A stretch of DNA of 64,000 bases, taken from IMG/VR virus record IMGVR_UViG_3300001200_000009; one strand, written 5' to 3'. Position 1 is the first letter of the stretch; each line of letters starts with the position of its first letter. This document shows positions 18,309 through 28,088 of this stretch, one piece after another. Position numbers and translations under genes: made by a program. Origin of the DNA: a virus. The notes under the pieces were generated by a model. The model saw only the letters and a program-made list of their open reading frames with translations, searched no databases and was not told the origin of the DNA.

Positions 18309-20095
18309 TATACCTGTTCAAATTCCTCGATAGCGTTAACAGCTGTACGAACCGGATCGATATCGATCAAAAGATTCTTCTGTGGATAGATAGCGTTTTC
18401 ATCGGCCGGTTTAATAGAGAATCGAATACCCTCATTAATGTTCGGTACCGATGATGGTCTAAATGGAAGAAGAGTAACTGTGTTCGTTGCGGTGTCAATA
18501 AATCCAGCATCGTCAACAACGATGATTTCTCCCGAAGCTCCAGCTCTGATAATTTCTAGACGAAGCGACTTCTTTTGGTTACGAAGAGTACATGGATACG
18601 AGATACCATTAATGATATATTCAAAAGTGTCTGACGTAAGAATATGGTCACGAGAATCGATAGGTGCAAAGGGTAGCGAATATCTTAGGTCGTATCTACG
18701 AGCAACATTGAGCTCAGGAATTAGACGTCGCTGTAGGCTTACTTGCGCGTCGACTGAAACAATAGCTTCGTCCGAATCGTCGATAAATCCAAGAAGTCTA
18801 GATTTTCTAAATAGCGCCTCAAACCCTACTAAACGCTCTTGAGAGAAGTCTTGAATCGTGTCTTTGATTCGATTTTCTAACTGAGATTTAGTGAATGGTG
18901 TTTTAGTGCCATCATATCGTGCATTGACCTTCACTTCGATATACTGAAATTCTGGAGCTACAAATCGAGGCTCGATAGTTAATACAGCCCGAGGTTCAAG
19001 AATGTCATCCCGCACAAAGGCTTCTTCGATCGATGTCATTTCGACGCGATCGAATGGCTTGATCGAAATAAACACCGATCCATAGTCAGGCGGAGTATTG
19101 GTTTCTCCACCCCATACATTCAAGGACTCGACAAACGAGGCTTCAGACTTGATAAACATTTTGTAATCATTTGGAGTCACCGCTCTATTCTGAGCTGCAA
19201 AGGCCTTTGGTGCATTAAACTTAATTGACGCGATCGATTCCTTTTCGGCCCCACCATAAGAAGCTTCAATCGTCGAAATCGAAATATTATGGCCATTAAT
19301 TGTTTCAGCAGTTTTGAATTCAGTTATCCGATTTCCTTCAGTACCCGAAGCCTTAAGATATTCAATATCAATAACCGAACCTTCCGGCGGCTTGAACCCA
19401 ATAAGATTGTCACCAAGCATAATCTCGTAATAGTTGTTGGCAGACTCATGGATAAAGTAGTTGCGACGCTCTGGTACCAACTCTTCGACTCCCTTTGGAA
19501 TCTTATAAGCCTCTTGAACAGTAGCATTCAATCCGCCCTTGACGACTACTGTCATAGTTGTGGTGTCGATTTGATCGTCTGGAATTACATAAATTGGATA
19601 TTCTTGTTGGTCTGAATCAACAATGAATCGCTTAAGGATTTTCTTACCTTCGTAAACAAAAATATCGGCTGTGTAGTTATTTGCAACATTCAAAGAATAC
19701 TCGTCAAGAGTATAGAATGTGAAGATTTTGTTTTCGGAAGCAGCGGTAAATCTAAGATATCGTGGAAGAACAAGATCGCCAGACGGGCTTCCTTGTAACG
19801 TCACTCGCACAAGAGCTCTAGAAGAACGAACAGAACGAGGAACATAATTAAGTGGCTTGGCGTGCGACACAACCGAACTACGAAGTTGGGCGGTATCTAG
19901 AAACGACTCATTAACCGCGAAGTTAGCATACATAGCTTGAAGGTGAGTGTTATACGATAGAACATCCATCATAGTGTTCATGCCTGAACCTTCAAAGTCG
20001 TAGTCGTTATACTCTCCGGTATTTTTGAAATAGGTCTTCAAAGACTCTTTAATGTCTTCGAAATTAAGTTTTGACGGGGTAAAATTATCCGACAT
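18308..20095 (-). CDS. gp6: baseplate wedge subunit
   Basis: LNFEDIK.SLK, DYDFEGSG, LSYNTH, NESFLDTAQLRSSVVSHAK, QNRAVT.NDY and WGGE motifs. Confidence 0.96.
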   Translation of the reverse strand: MSDNFTPSKLNFEDIKESLKTYFKNTGEYNDYDFEGSGMNTMMDVLSYNTHLQAMYANFAVNESFLDTAQLRSSVVSHAKPLNYVPRSVRSSRALVRVTLQGSPSGDLVLPRYLRFTAASENKIFTFYTLDEYSLNVANNYTADIFVYEGKKILKRFIVDSDQQEYPIYVIPDDQIDTTTMTVVVKGGLNATVQEAYKIPKGVEELVPERRNYFIHESANNYYEIMLGDNLIGFKPPEGSVIDIEYLKASGTEGNRITEFKTAETINGHNISISTIEASYGGAEKESIASIKFNAPKAFAAQNRAVTPNDYKMFIKSEASFVESLNVWGGETNTPPDYGSVFISIKPFDRVEMTSIEEAFVRDDILEPRAVLTIEPRFVAPEFQYIEVKVNARYDGTKTPFTKSQLENRIKDTIQDFSQERLVGFEALFRKSRLLGFIDDSDEAIVSVDAQVSLQRRLIPELNVARRYDLRYSLPFAPIDSRDHILTSDTFEYIINGISYPCTLRNQKKSLRLEIIRAGASGEIIVVDDAGFIDTATNTVTLLPFRPSSVPNINEGIRFSIKPADENAIYPQKNLLIDIDPVRTAVNAIEEFEQV

Positions 20096-20535
20096 TATCT
20101 GACTCTCTCAATTGCGAGGTTAAGTGTGACAATCTCTTCGGTTGCGACGATCACGAATTCTACAAGTATATTTATGACTTGGCTCTCCTGACCTCGTATT
20201 TTTATCGAAGTAATTCTTGCTCTTGGTTCATAATTCTCAATCACTCTTCTAATGGAATCTTCAATTTCAACCGATGTAAAGGTGTCATTGAGTTCAAACA
20301 AGAAGTCAGAAAGATTTCCACCAATATTTGAATTGAATGGTCTCTCATATGAGTTTGTTAGAATAAGATTCTTAACTGATTGAAGAACCGCTTTTGCGTC
20401 AACAACTTTAAAAAGGTCTTTGTTGCCCATACGAGGTTTGAAGAGCAGATTAAAGTCCGAATAGTCACGCGACCTTGATGTAACAATCGAGGCTCTGTTT
20501 AGAATAGCATCATCTTGCGCGAAGTTTCTAGTCAT
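20095..20535 (-). CDS. gp25: baseplate wedge subunit
   Basis: YSD..L.F, AVLQSVKNLILTN.YERPF and IENYEPRA motifs. Confidence 0.95.
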   Translation of the reverse strand: MTRNFAQDDAILNRASIVTSRSRDYSDFNLLFKPRMGNKDLFKVVDAKAVLQSVKNLILTNSYERPFNSNIGGNLSDFLFELNDTFTSVEIEDSIRRVIENYEPRARITSIKIRGQESQVINILVEFVIVATEEIVTLNLAIERVR

Positions 20536-22558
20536 CTGATAGGTCCAAAATGTTATCACCTAAAGAGCGGTGGTTAAATTCAGTTTTTACTTTTCTTTCG
20601 TTATTTTTCAAGTCAATCGAAATTAGAATTGTCGGCTCATTGATTCCAGAGGGGTCATAATCCAAATAGCTTAGAGTTAACTCATCATAGGTCAGATGGT
20701 TTCTCATCCATTGAGCTGCCTCAAAATAATTAGAGTTGGGTAGAGAAGGAAATTGAATACCAACTGCAAGCCCTTGGACAGCTTTGGCGGTTACGGTGCC
20801 GCTACCGATTTTTTCTTCTTCGAACGGACAGTACAGACCTTCTGAAATAGTCCACGTATCCTTGAATTTTTCTCTCAGTGGCTCCAGGATATTGTAGGCC
20901 AGGTATTGCATATTATCAAACAGTTGAGACCGTGATAGTCCTCCCTGTTCACAGAGATTCACAGAAAGACCGTCTCCGGCTAACATATGCGATACTCTGA
21001 AGTTTGGCGATAACATTGTGCTTCGAGCAATACGTTTAGGTTTCATATGCTTTGGAATAGATTCGATTCTAAGGCGGTTAGACTGAGCAATTTTATATGA
21101 GCTCAGACCAGTCTGAGAAATGCTAGTGTCGCCATATGAGACATCAGTCTCTGACCCTTCTCTTATTGTACGAGGAGGCGAACCACCAGTAATAGATGAA
21201 TTTACCGACCCTTGGTTGACTTGGTCGGACACCCAATCTTGATCGTTGCGTAGCCAATCATTACGAGCTCTGGCAATAACCTCTCCAGTATTTAGGATAC
21301 GAGAATTGAATTTGCTTTCGGGTTTACGGTCTAGATTCAGAATAAAGGCGTCACTAGTCTCTATTACATCAGTAACTCCTTCAGAAGAAGTTGGGTTTTC
21401 TTCACGATCTTCTGGATCGTCTCCACTTGAAGGAGACGAAGGATTCGGAATCTTAGGAATCGGAGTACCCAATGAAGCCTTTGCGGCAGTGTCAGCAAAC
21501 TCAGCTTTAACAGCAGTTCCTTGTAATTTCGAAGTATGTATATCTCCACCAGCCTTGATAGTCCCATCCACATCAAGCGTCGAATTTATTTTAACAGCCC
21601 CACCTATGTCAACACCAGAGGCTGTTCTTACCACGCCTTTAATATCAGCAGTTCCTTCAAGCTTAATATTATCGAAATGTAAGTCAGTCCCGTAAACCGT
21701 CTTGACTACGAGATTGCCCTCTCCTTCGGTTCCTTCCTTATCAAATCCGTTCCATGTTACGGTTCCGCCAAAATAAGACCCATTAAACTCACCATACGAT
21801 CGTTGTGCGATAGACCCTTCGGTGGTCAATCTCCAGTTACCTCCGAATTCTTGAGTATGGTCTCCAAGAGTCCGTTCTATGACATTTGATAGATTCCGCC
21901 TGATAGTGTTACCACGGGTTTCAGTAAGCCTTCCACCAGTAACGCTATCTTCAGAGTTACCATGGACACGTTCTTTTTTGTCTCCTTGAACTTCAAGATT
22001 ATAATCTCCTTGGACTAACTGATTAAGGTCACCGTCAACCTGCATAGTTGCATCGCCTTGGACGCGGATATCGGCGTTTGATTCAATAACCACAAGACAT
22101 TGACCTCTTACAACTAGTTCAGAGTCTGAAGCTACAACTTGATAGGACCTATTCTGAGATTTGAGAAACACCGAACCGTCTGGCAACATTTCAATTCTAG
22201 AACCAGTGCGGTGCTGAAAATTTAATCGCTCATTGCCAGGCGTATCGTCATATTCTATTAAATGACCTGATCGAGTTTCGATCGTCTGGTTTTTTGGATA
22301 TGTCGAACGAGCTGACTGTTGAGGCTCAGAAACCAGCTTTGCAGAAGTCTGAGAGTCTTTTGAAGCTTTACGTGCAGTACGAGTACCGAGTGTTGTCTTC
22401 TTAACATCTGTCTGAAATGTACCTCGATTGTTAACATCCGAAGTTTTGTCATAGTCACGCTTCGGATAAACTCCATCCTTGTCTTGGAATCCCCCTCTAA
22501 CCGGATTCCCGGGTCTTTGGGTTAAATTAAGGTCAAAATCTTCGGCGTCTCGACTCAT
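20528..22558 (-). CDS. gp5: gp5 C-terminal (beta-helix needle) protein with a degenerate M15-like C-terminal domain
   Basis: YPKN..ETRSGHLIEYDDTPG.ER...HRTGS..E..PDG, VxGD repeats; LSPNF...NILEPLR near the C-terminus. Confidence 0.85.
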   Translation of the reverse strand: MSRDAEDFDLNLTQRPGNPVRGGFQDKDGVYPKRDYDKTSDVNNRGTFQTDVKKTTLGTRTARKASKDSQTSAKLVSEPQQSARSTYPKNQTIETRSGHLIEYDDTPGNERLNFQHRTGSRIEMLPDGSVFLKSQNRSYQVVASDSELVVRGQCLVVIESNADIRVQGDATMQVDGDLNQLVQGDYNLEVQGDKKERVHGNSEDSVTGGRLTETRGNTIRRNLSNVIERTLGDHTQEFGGNWRLTTEGSIAQRSYGEFNGSYFGGTVTWNGFDKEGTEGEGNLVVKTVYGTDLHFDNIKLEGTADIKGVVRTASGVDIGGAVKINSTLDVDGTIKAGGDIHTSKLQGTAVKAEFADTAAKASLGTPIPKIPNPSSPSSGDDPEDREENPTSSEGVTDVIETSDAFILNLDRKPESKFNSRILNTGEVIARARNDWLRNDQDWVSDQVNQGSVNSSITGGSPPRTIREGSETDVSYGDTSISQTGLSSYKIAQSNRLRIESIPKHMKPKRIARSTMLSPNFRVSHMLAGDGLSVNLCEQGGLSRSQLFDNMQYLAYNILEPLREKFKDTWTISEGLYCPFEEEKIGSGTVTAKAVQGLAVGIQFPSLPNSNYFEAAQWMRNHLTYDELTLSYLDYDPSGINEPTILISIDLKNNERKVKTEFNHRSLGDNILDLSDD

Positions 22559-23061
22559 TAACTAAAGTCACTCGCTGTCAATGCTACTGAAACGTTGGCT
22601 GAATAGACCACATCGCTGTTATTGTCGGTAACCTTACATCTCCAAATCGCGGTCCAAGTCGTTTCTCCTCCAGGAGGAGGCTCCGGGATACCAGCCGAGA
22701 ATCCAGTAGAGTTGGAACTAGGGGTGTTTGCACTTATACCATTATGACCAGAAACGAATTCCCATAAGAAGCTAACTGGTGATTGCGCTCCCGAAGAAGT
22801 CACAGTAGCATTTGTATTAGTCGTTACAAGAACAGTACCACCAACAGCGCTTGATGCCGCCCCTGTTAGAATAGTAGGTGTTACGCTAACAGTAAATGGA
22901 GGTCCGGATGCAGTGCCATGAAAGTCTGACCAGCTGATAGCTCCTGAAGCAGGCACTCCAGTATCAGCAGCGTAATATTCGCTGATTGAAATTGGATTAG
23001 AGCCTCCAAATTCCGTTTGAATTTCAGAAGCCTTAATAGTACCTGATGCAGGTAATGCCAT
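22558..23061 (-). CDS. fibre-associated protein with Ig-like C-terminal domain
   Basis: MALPASG.I..SEIQTEFGGSNPISISEYY...SDFHG is a common fibre-tip adaptor N-terminus; follows the S74-chaperoned fibre. Confidence 0.65.
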   Translation of the reverse strand: MALPASGTIKASEIQTEFGGSNPISISEYYAADTGVPASGAISWSDFHGTASGPPFTVSVTPTILTGAASSAVGGTVLVTTNTNATVTSSGAQSPVSFLWEFVSGHNGISANTPSSNSTGFSAGIPEPPPGGETTWTAIWRCKVTDNNSDVVYSANVSVALTASDFS

Positions 23062-23387
23062 TATTTAGCCTTTGTAGTTTTCTTACGTGTTTTACGTTTC
23101 TTTGGTTCTTTTACCTCTTCAACAGGTTCGACCTTACGTTTGAAACGCTTCATGCCATGTTCGGTTGCAGTTTTTTTCTTACGCTTTTCACGACGCTTGA
23201 TTTGCATTTTAACTTCAATGCCTCGACCAACCTCTTCAGCACGAGTCATTGTAGCATCTGTGTCAACCGCCCCGTCTTCTTTAAGGATTGGGTTTACCCC
23301 ACGCTCGACATCTTCGCCATCTTTATTTTCAAAATTATACATGACTAGACCAGTGTCTTCATCATATCCTAGTAGTGTAATCTTCAT
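23061..23387 (-). CDS. hypothetical protein, possibly fibre assembly; basic C-terminal tail
   Basis: AGGAG SD; TATAAATA at 23411-23418 (minus strand). Confidence 0.6.
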   Translation of the reverse strand: MKITLLGYDEDTGLVMYNFENKDGEDVERGVNPILKEDGAVDTDATMTRAEEVGRGIEVKMQIKRREKRKKKTATEHGMKRFKRKVEPVEEVKEPKKRKTRKKTTKAK

Positions 23388-23396
23388 ATGAAGCTC

Positions 23397-26300
23397 CTAT
23401 TTCTTTAATGTATTTATAAGCTGTCTGAGCTCTTTTAGCTCTTCATGAAGCCTATTGATTTGACTATCTGAATTTTTCTTTTGAGCTGCGATTGCAGCAA
23501 TAGCTAGTTTCGCATAGTTAACCGAGAGAATTCCATCTTCAGATTCAATAACTGCTTCTGGAAAATATTCTTGAACTTCTTGAGCGATAATACCGACATC
23601 TTCTTTATTATCCAAATCTGTTCGCTTAAACCGCTTTACTTCAAGTTTAGAGATGTCAAAGTTCTCATATGGTTTAATGTCTGTTTTAAGACTCTTATCC
23701 GAGAAGGCTGTGATGTCACCAGTTGCGGTAATACTTCCAGTGACTGTCAATGCAGTCGCAGTAAGTTGCATTTTGTCTGAAACACCGCCATCAGCAACAT
23801 TGCCTACGTACCATCTATGATTTTGATGAGCTCTATAATACATCGTACTAGACTCAATGCCGATAGCATAACTAGTAGCAGAATCTTTAGTGCCGTAAAC
23901 AGCAATTCTGTCGCCAAGAAGGTTTGACATCTGAATGTCGCCAGATAAAGTTCTAGAACCATTAGCTCTAAATAAAGAGGTCTCTTGGATTCCATCGAGT
24001 AAATCGGCATCAAGTCCAGAACCAGAACCATCGTTACCTTCATGAAAAACTTTATAGACATTAGCACCCATTGACCACCCGCCCACAGAAAGTTGGTTGG
24101 TTCCTCCGTCAATTCCAAAATAAACAGCATAATCACCAGCCACATGGAAAGCCATATATGCGTCTTGACCAGCAGTCTGCTGTTGAACCTGTAAATGATT
24201 ACCTGGGGCTGTAAAACTAGAACCGGCAGTGTTATAAAATGTATGAGTTCCAGTATGAGTGTCTGAGGCATCGGACCTAGCATATGAAGAACCTTGAACT
24301 CCATCTAACAGGTCAGCATCTAATCCTGAGCCAGACCCATCATTACCAGCATGGAAAATCTTGTAATAGGTTCCCCAACTAGTAGCATCCCAATTGCTCT
24401 GTATAAAACCAAGCGAATTACCTGTTTTACCAAATACTAAAGCGTTAGACGTTTTAACATCTGCGCCAGTATAAGAACTCATCCATAAAACGTCGTTCCA
24501 AGTATCTGGAGAGCCAGTGTTTACTCCGCTAGACCCTCTTAACATTTGAAGTCTTAATCTACCGCTGCCAAATACATTTGGTTTTTCGAGTCCACCTGAA
24601 GTATATCCGGCACCGAGATAATTAGATGTGTTATACGATTTATGGTCTAAGGCCGCTCCCTGATAACCATCAAGTAAATCAGCATCTAGACCAGAGCCGG
24701 AACCGTCATTACCAGCATGCCATGCAATATTAGGGCCCTGCATATAAATCGGTCTAGATTGCGCATAATTGTTTAGATACATTGCACCATCTGTAGACGA
24801 ATCAATATGAAGATTCGATGACACGCCGATTGAAGCTCTTGTCGCGGTATTCTGATTGTAGTTACCAATCCATAGTTCGTCTGTTCCAGCTTGGAAAACC
24901 GCATTATCTTTAAATCGTACTTTATTATCGCCATCTCCGACAGAAAAAATCTCTATTTCTCCGCCTGCACCGACGTTATTGTTATAGAATCTTACGCCGC
25001 CATAATTCCAATATGCGCCAATTTTTATACCAGTATGGTAGTTGATAATCAAATCAGGATAAGGGTGCGACCAAGGACCGGATTCTTGATACATTGCATA
25101 ACCATAATGCCCAACCCCACTATCCCCGCCAACGCCTTTTGGCGTTAGTTGATAATAAATGTCAGAAGCATCGCTTCGTAAATAAGAAGAACCTTGAACA
25201 CCATCTAACAGGTCAGCATCTAATCCAGAGCCAGACCCATCATTACCTGCATGCCAAGCTGTATTGCCGTCGATTGTTAAACTAGAACCATTAAATAATA
25301 GAGATTGTGTAACTCCACTCCAATTGTAGTCTATAGAAATACCGCTTGGAGTATTTTCAATTCTATCATATCTACCATTTGTCCTAAGATGAATTGAAGG
25401 GTTGCCAGTTTGACCGGCATCTCTAATAATGTCAAGAACAGGACTGTTTTTGTAAATCGTAACATTGTTAGAAAATGTTTTCGCGCCACCTATAGTTTCA
25501 TTACCTGTAAGACCAACTTTATTATTTAATGCTGTTTGAGTAGCCGTAGAAATAGGTTTAGCTAAGTCTGATGTATTATTGACATTTCCTAATCCTACAT
25601 CTGAGGATGAAAGAGTAACCACACCTGTTTGCCCAGCAACCGAGGTTACCTGACCTGGAGAACTCATCTCTCTCCATACTGCTCCATCATATACAAATGA
25701 ACCAGTGAATCCGCTTCCAGTGTCTGCTACAATAGCTACATCGCCTGTTTCTACCGTTAAAGCATTTCTAGCCGTAATATCTGCTACTGGAAATACGTTG
25801 ACAATAGCTAGAGCAGGCACTTGAGACGACAGCAATTTACCATTAGCGTCTAGAGTCGCAACTCCGTTGGCTACAGCTTTTTCTGTTGTAGGAATGTACG
25901 GAAGAGTCGGAATTCTAGCTGCTAAAAGTACTCCAGAATTTATCTTAGCAGCATCTAAATTTGGAATTCTGTCGACGTGTAGTATACCGGTAGTGATGTC
26001 ATTACCATCATGCGTATGAGCTGACGGAGTAAATGAAGTTGGAACACCTGTAATGTTAGCGTAATCTAAATAGAAAGAACCTTGTTGTCCATCTAGTAAA
26101 TCTGCGTCAAGTCCAGAACCAGAACCGTCGTTACCAGCATGCCAAACATTATTGCTGTTGACAGTTGGAACATTACTAAAGTCCCATGTACCGGTCATAG
26201 TGTAATTGCCGCTTGTATCAAATCCGCCCGCAAGGTCATTTAAAGTAGCAAGGTCAACACCATTGAATTGTGGTCTTGCAGTAAAGTTAGACACAACACT

Positions 26301-28088
26301 TTTTTCGGCATAATCTGAATGGTCAGGAATAGTAGGAATTTCAGAACTTAGAGCGTATCCAGATAAGTCTACCGGAGCAGGTAAATCTTCAATTAGTAGA
26401 TATGCGCCGAGAGCCCCACCCAACGCGCTAGTAATAAGCTGTTGAATAATAGTGGTAGGTACTTGAGTAGCAAACGTCAGAGGATTTTGCTGACCTGCAA
26501 TAGTAGAAACAGGGTCTTCAAACGGACTTGGAACGACCGATGAAACTTCGGCAGGTTTAATTTCAAACGGAACTGGTTGAACTTCTTCGAATAAATCTTC
26601 ATTAACCGAAGCGACTACAACAGGTTCGGCGTCAATAATAGCCGGAGTTTCGGCCGGATTCAAAGCTTCTCTTGGAGCAGAATCATCTTCGGCTTGAACA
26701 ACTTCTTCGATAGTTTGAGAAGGAGATGGTTCGATAGTCGATACCCACATCGGCTTCTTGCTTCGAACATAATCCTTTACATCGAATTCTGGGTCAGTAC
26801 GTCTTTCAGGGTCTACATCTCTATGACCAAGTAGATTTGAATTTGGATACGCATGTAGGAATACGCCAATAAATTTGTCAAAGGTTTTCCATTGAGCATC
26901 GGTAAACGTGTCTGCCGAACGAATAAGACCCTTCTCATTGCTATGACCTCTACGTCCGCCGATAAAGGCGATACCAATAGACTTCTCATTACGTCCACGT
27001 GCATGAGCACCTGGTGTATTGACATTACGCCCAACCTGAATACGACCGTCTCTTCGAATAATGAAGTGATAGCCGATTTGGTCAAATGGTTGCTGACCCT
27101 TTGGGGGATTTTTATGCCAGCTGTCGATGTCTTCGACATTCGTGTCCATATTTTCATAGGTGTCGGCATGGTGGACAATAAGCTCAGAGATGTCACGTGA
27201 TGAAGAAATTAGAAGAGCATAGAGTTGCTCATTAGATGTAATATGGCTACCAAAGTTAATCTCTTGTGGAGGAACTCTTAAAGGTAGACGTGTTTTACCG
27301 CCTGTAGAACCATATGCGGCTTGAACCTCGGAAGCTTTCTTTTTAACCGATGCTTTCGAAGAGTCAGTGTCTAGGTTATAATAGCCTTGAATAAAAGCGG
27401 TCGCTGCTTCAGGCGCTGTCGTAGGAGTGATTGTCTTACCAGACTTGGTAAGGAAGTTTGGCCATCCTCTTAGAGAAAGTGTGTCAACAAGAAATTCAAG
27501 TTGTGTTTCAAGGTCTTCGATGGTCGAATTCTGACGTAGAACATACTCACGATAAGCTCTAAGTTGATTATCATCCCATAGACCTAATCCAAATCGTTGG
27601 TTAAGATAGAACTGGCCTGGGTCTAGCTTTTCACCAAGATATTCAATCATCCCAGCTACAATACCGGTAGCTTCAAATTCCTCAAAACCTTTATTGCGAA
27701 GGTAATTGAATACGATTTCTGGGTTAGAATTGCCTTGAAGAGTCGGTTCGCCTTGAATCTCGCCTTGTACTCGTGTACGCTTGTTGAGGCCAATGATGAC
27801 ACCCTCAACTAAGAAATTCTGTTTAGACATACCGTCCATGAATTTACCATGGACTAACGAGCCTTTAACAAGCCCAATCGGAGCTTTACCTAGGCCTGAA
27901 ATACCGGCATTGGTTGCATCGATCGCGATTTGAGACCATGGGAGGTCTGACGTAGGAAGGATATTATCATCTTCAGAATGAAGACCATAGATTCTTACGC
28001 GTACGCGTCCTGCGCGTGATGGGTCATTGATGTCTTCGACAACACCGATGCCCCAAACTGTTGTGTCACCGTAAAATGAGTGCTTCAT
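23397..28088 (-). CDS. gp5: gp5 N-terminal OB fold + lysozyme-like + Amidase_2 domains fused to a tail fibre with S74 chaperone
   Basis: GVVED.NDP..GRVRVRIYGLH..LPW (gp5 OB); IVHH..IGYHF..GAH..N.SIGI..GHRD (amidase); five GNDGSGSGLDAD boxes; GDITAFSD..LK (S74). Confidence 0.88.
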   Translation of the reverse strand: MKHSFYGDTTVWGIGVVEDINDPSRAGRVRVRIYGLHSEDDNILPTSDLPWSQIAIDATNAGISGLGKAPIGLVKGSLVHGKFMDGMSKQNFLVEGVIIGLNKRTRVQGEIQGEPTLQGNSNPEIVFNYLRNKGFEEFEATGIVAGMIEYLGEKLDPGQFYLNQRFGLGLWDDNQLRAYREYVLRQNSTIEDLETQLEFLVDTLSLRGWPNFLTKSGKTITPTTAPEAATAFIQGYYNLDTDSSKASVKKKASEVQAAYGSTGGKTRLPLRVPPQEINFGSHITSNEQLYALLISSSRDISELIVHHADTYENMDTNVEDIDSWHKNPPKGQQPFDQIGYHFIIRRDGRIQVGRNVNTPGAHARGRNEKSIGIAFIGGRRGHSNEKGLIRSADTFTDAQWKTFDKFIGVFLHAYPNSNLLGHRDVDPERRTDPEFDVKDYVRSKKPMWVSTIEPSPSQTIEEVVQAEDDSAPREALNPAETPAIIDAEPVVVASVNEDLFEEVQPVPFEIKPAEVSSVVPSPFEDPVSTIAGQQNPLTFATQVPTTIIQQLITSALGGALGAYLLIEDLPAPVDLSGYALSSEIPTIPDHSDYAEKSVVSNFTARPQFNGVDLATLNDLAGGFDTSGNYTMTGTWDFSNVPTVNSNNVWHAGNDGSGSGLDADLLDGQQGSFYLDYANITGVPTSFTPSAHTHDGNDITTGILHVDRIPNLDAAKINSGVLLAARIPTLPYIPTTEKAVANGVATLDANGKLLSSQVPALAIVNVFPVADITARNALTVETGDVAIVADTGSGFTGSFVYDGAVWREMSSPGQVTSVAGQTGVVTLSSSDVGLGNVNNTSDLAKPISTATQTALNNKVGLTGNETIGGAKTFSNNVTIYKNSPVLDIIRDAGQTGNPSIHLRTNGRYDRIENTPSGISIDYNWSGVTQSLLFNGSSLTIDGNTAWHAGNDGSGSGLDADLLDGVQGSSYLRSDASDIYYQLTPKGVGGDSGVGHYGYAMYQESGPWSHPYPDLIINYHTGIKIGAYWNYGGVRFYNNNVGAGGEIEIFSVGDGDNKVRFKDNAVFQAGTDELWIGNYNQNTATRASIGVSSNLHIDSSTDGAMYLNNYAQSRPIYMQGPNIAWHAGNDGSGSGLDADLLDGYQGAALDHKSYNTSNYLGAGYTSGGLEKPNVFGSGRLRLQMLRGSSGVNTGSPDTWNDVLWMSSYTGADVKTSNALVFGKTGNSLGFIQSNWDATSWGTYYKIFHAGNDGSGSGLDADLLDGVQGSSYARSDASDTHTGTHTFYNTAGSSFTAPGNHLQVQQQTAGQDAYMAFHVAGDYAVYFGIDGGTNQLSVGGWSMGANVYKVFHEGNDGSGSGLDADLLDGIQETSLFRANGSRTLSGDIQMSNLLGDRIAVYGTKDSATSYAIGIESSTMYYRAHQNHRWYVGNVADGGVSDKMQLTATALTVTGSITATGDITAFSDKSLKTDIKPYENFDISKLEVKRFKRTDLDNKEDVGIIAQEVQEYFPEAVIESEDGILSVNYAKLAIAAIAAQKKNSDSQINRLHEELKELRQLINTLKK
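23991..26144 (-). repeat. five dispersed 57-nt (W/F)H(A/E)GNDGSGSGLDADLLDG boxes at 23991, 24300, 24666, 25200 and 26088; sixth copy at 7111-7167
   Basis: Read directly; the copies at 24300 and 25200 are nearly identical in DNA and exactly 900 nt apart. Confidence 0.9.

Noticed and set aside
23991-26144. Diversity-generating retroelement or CRISPR array behind the repeats
   Set aside because: The repeats are in-frame coding motifs with long irregular spacing, no adenine-specific mismatch pattern, and no reverse transcriptase or cas operon in the window.
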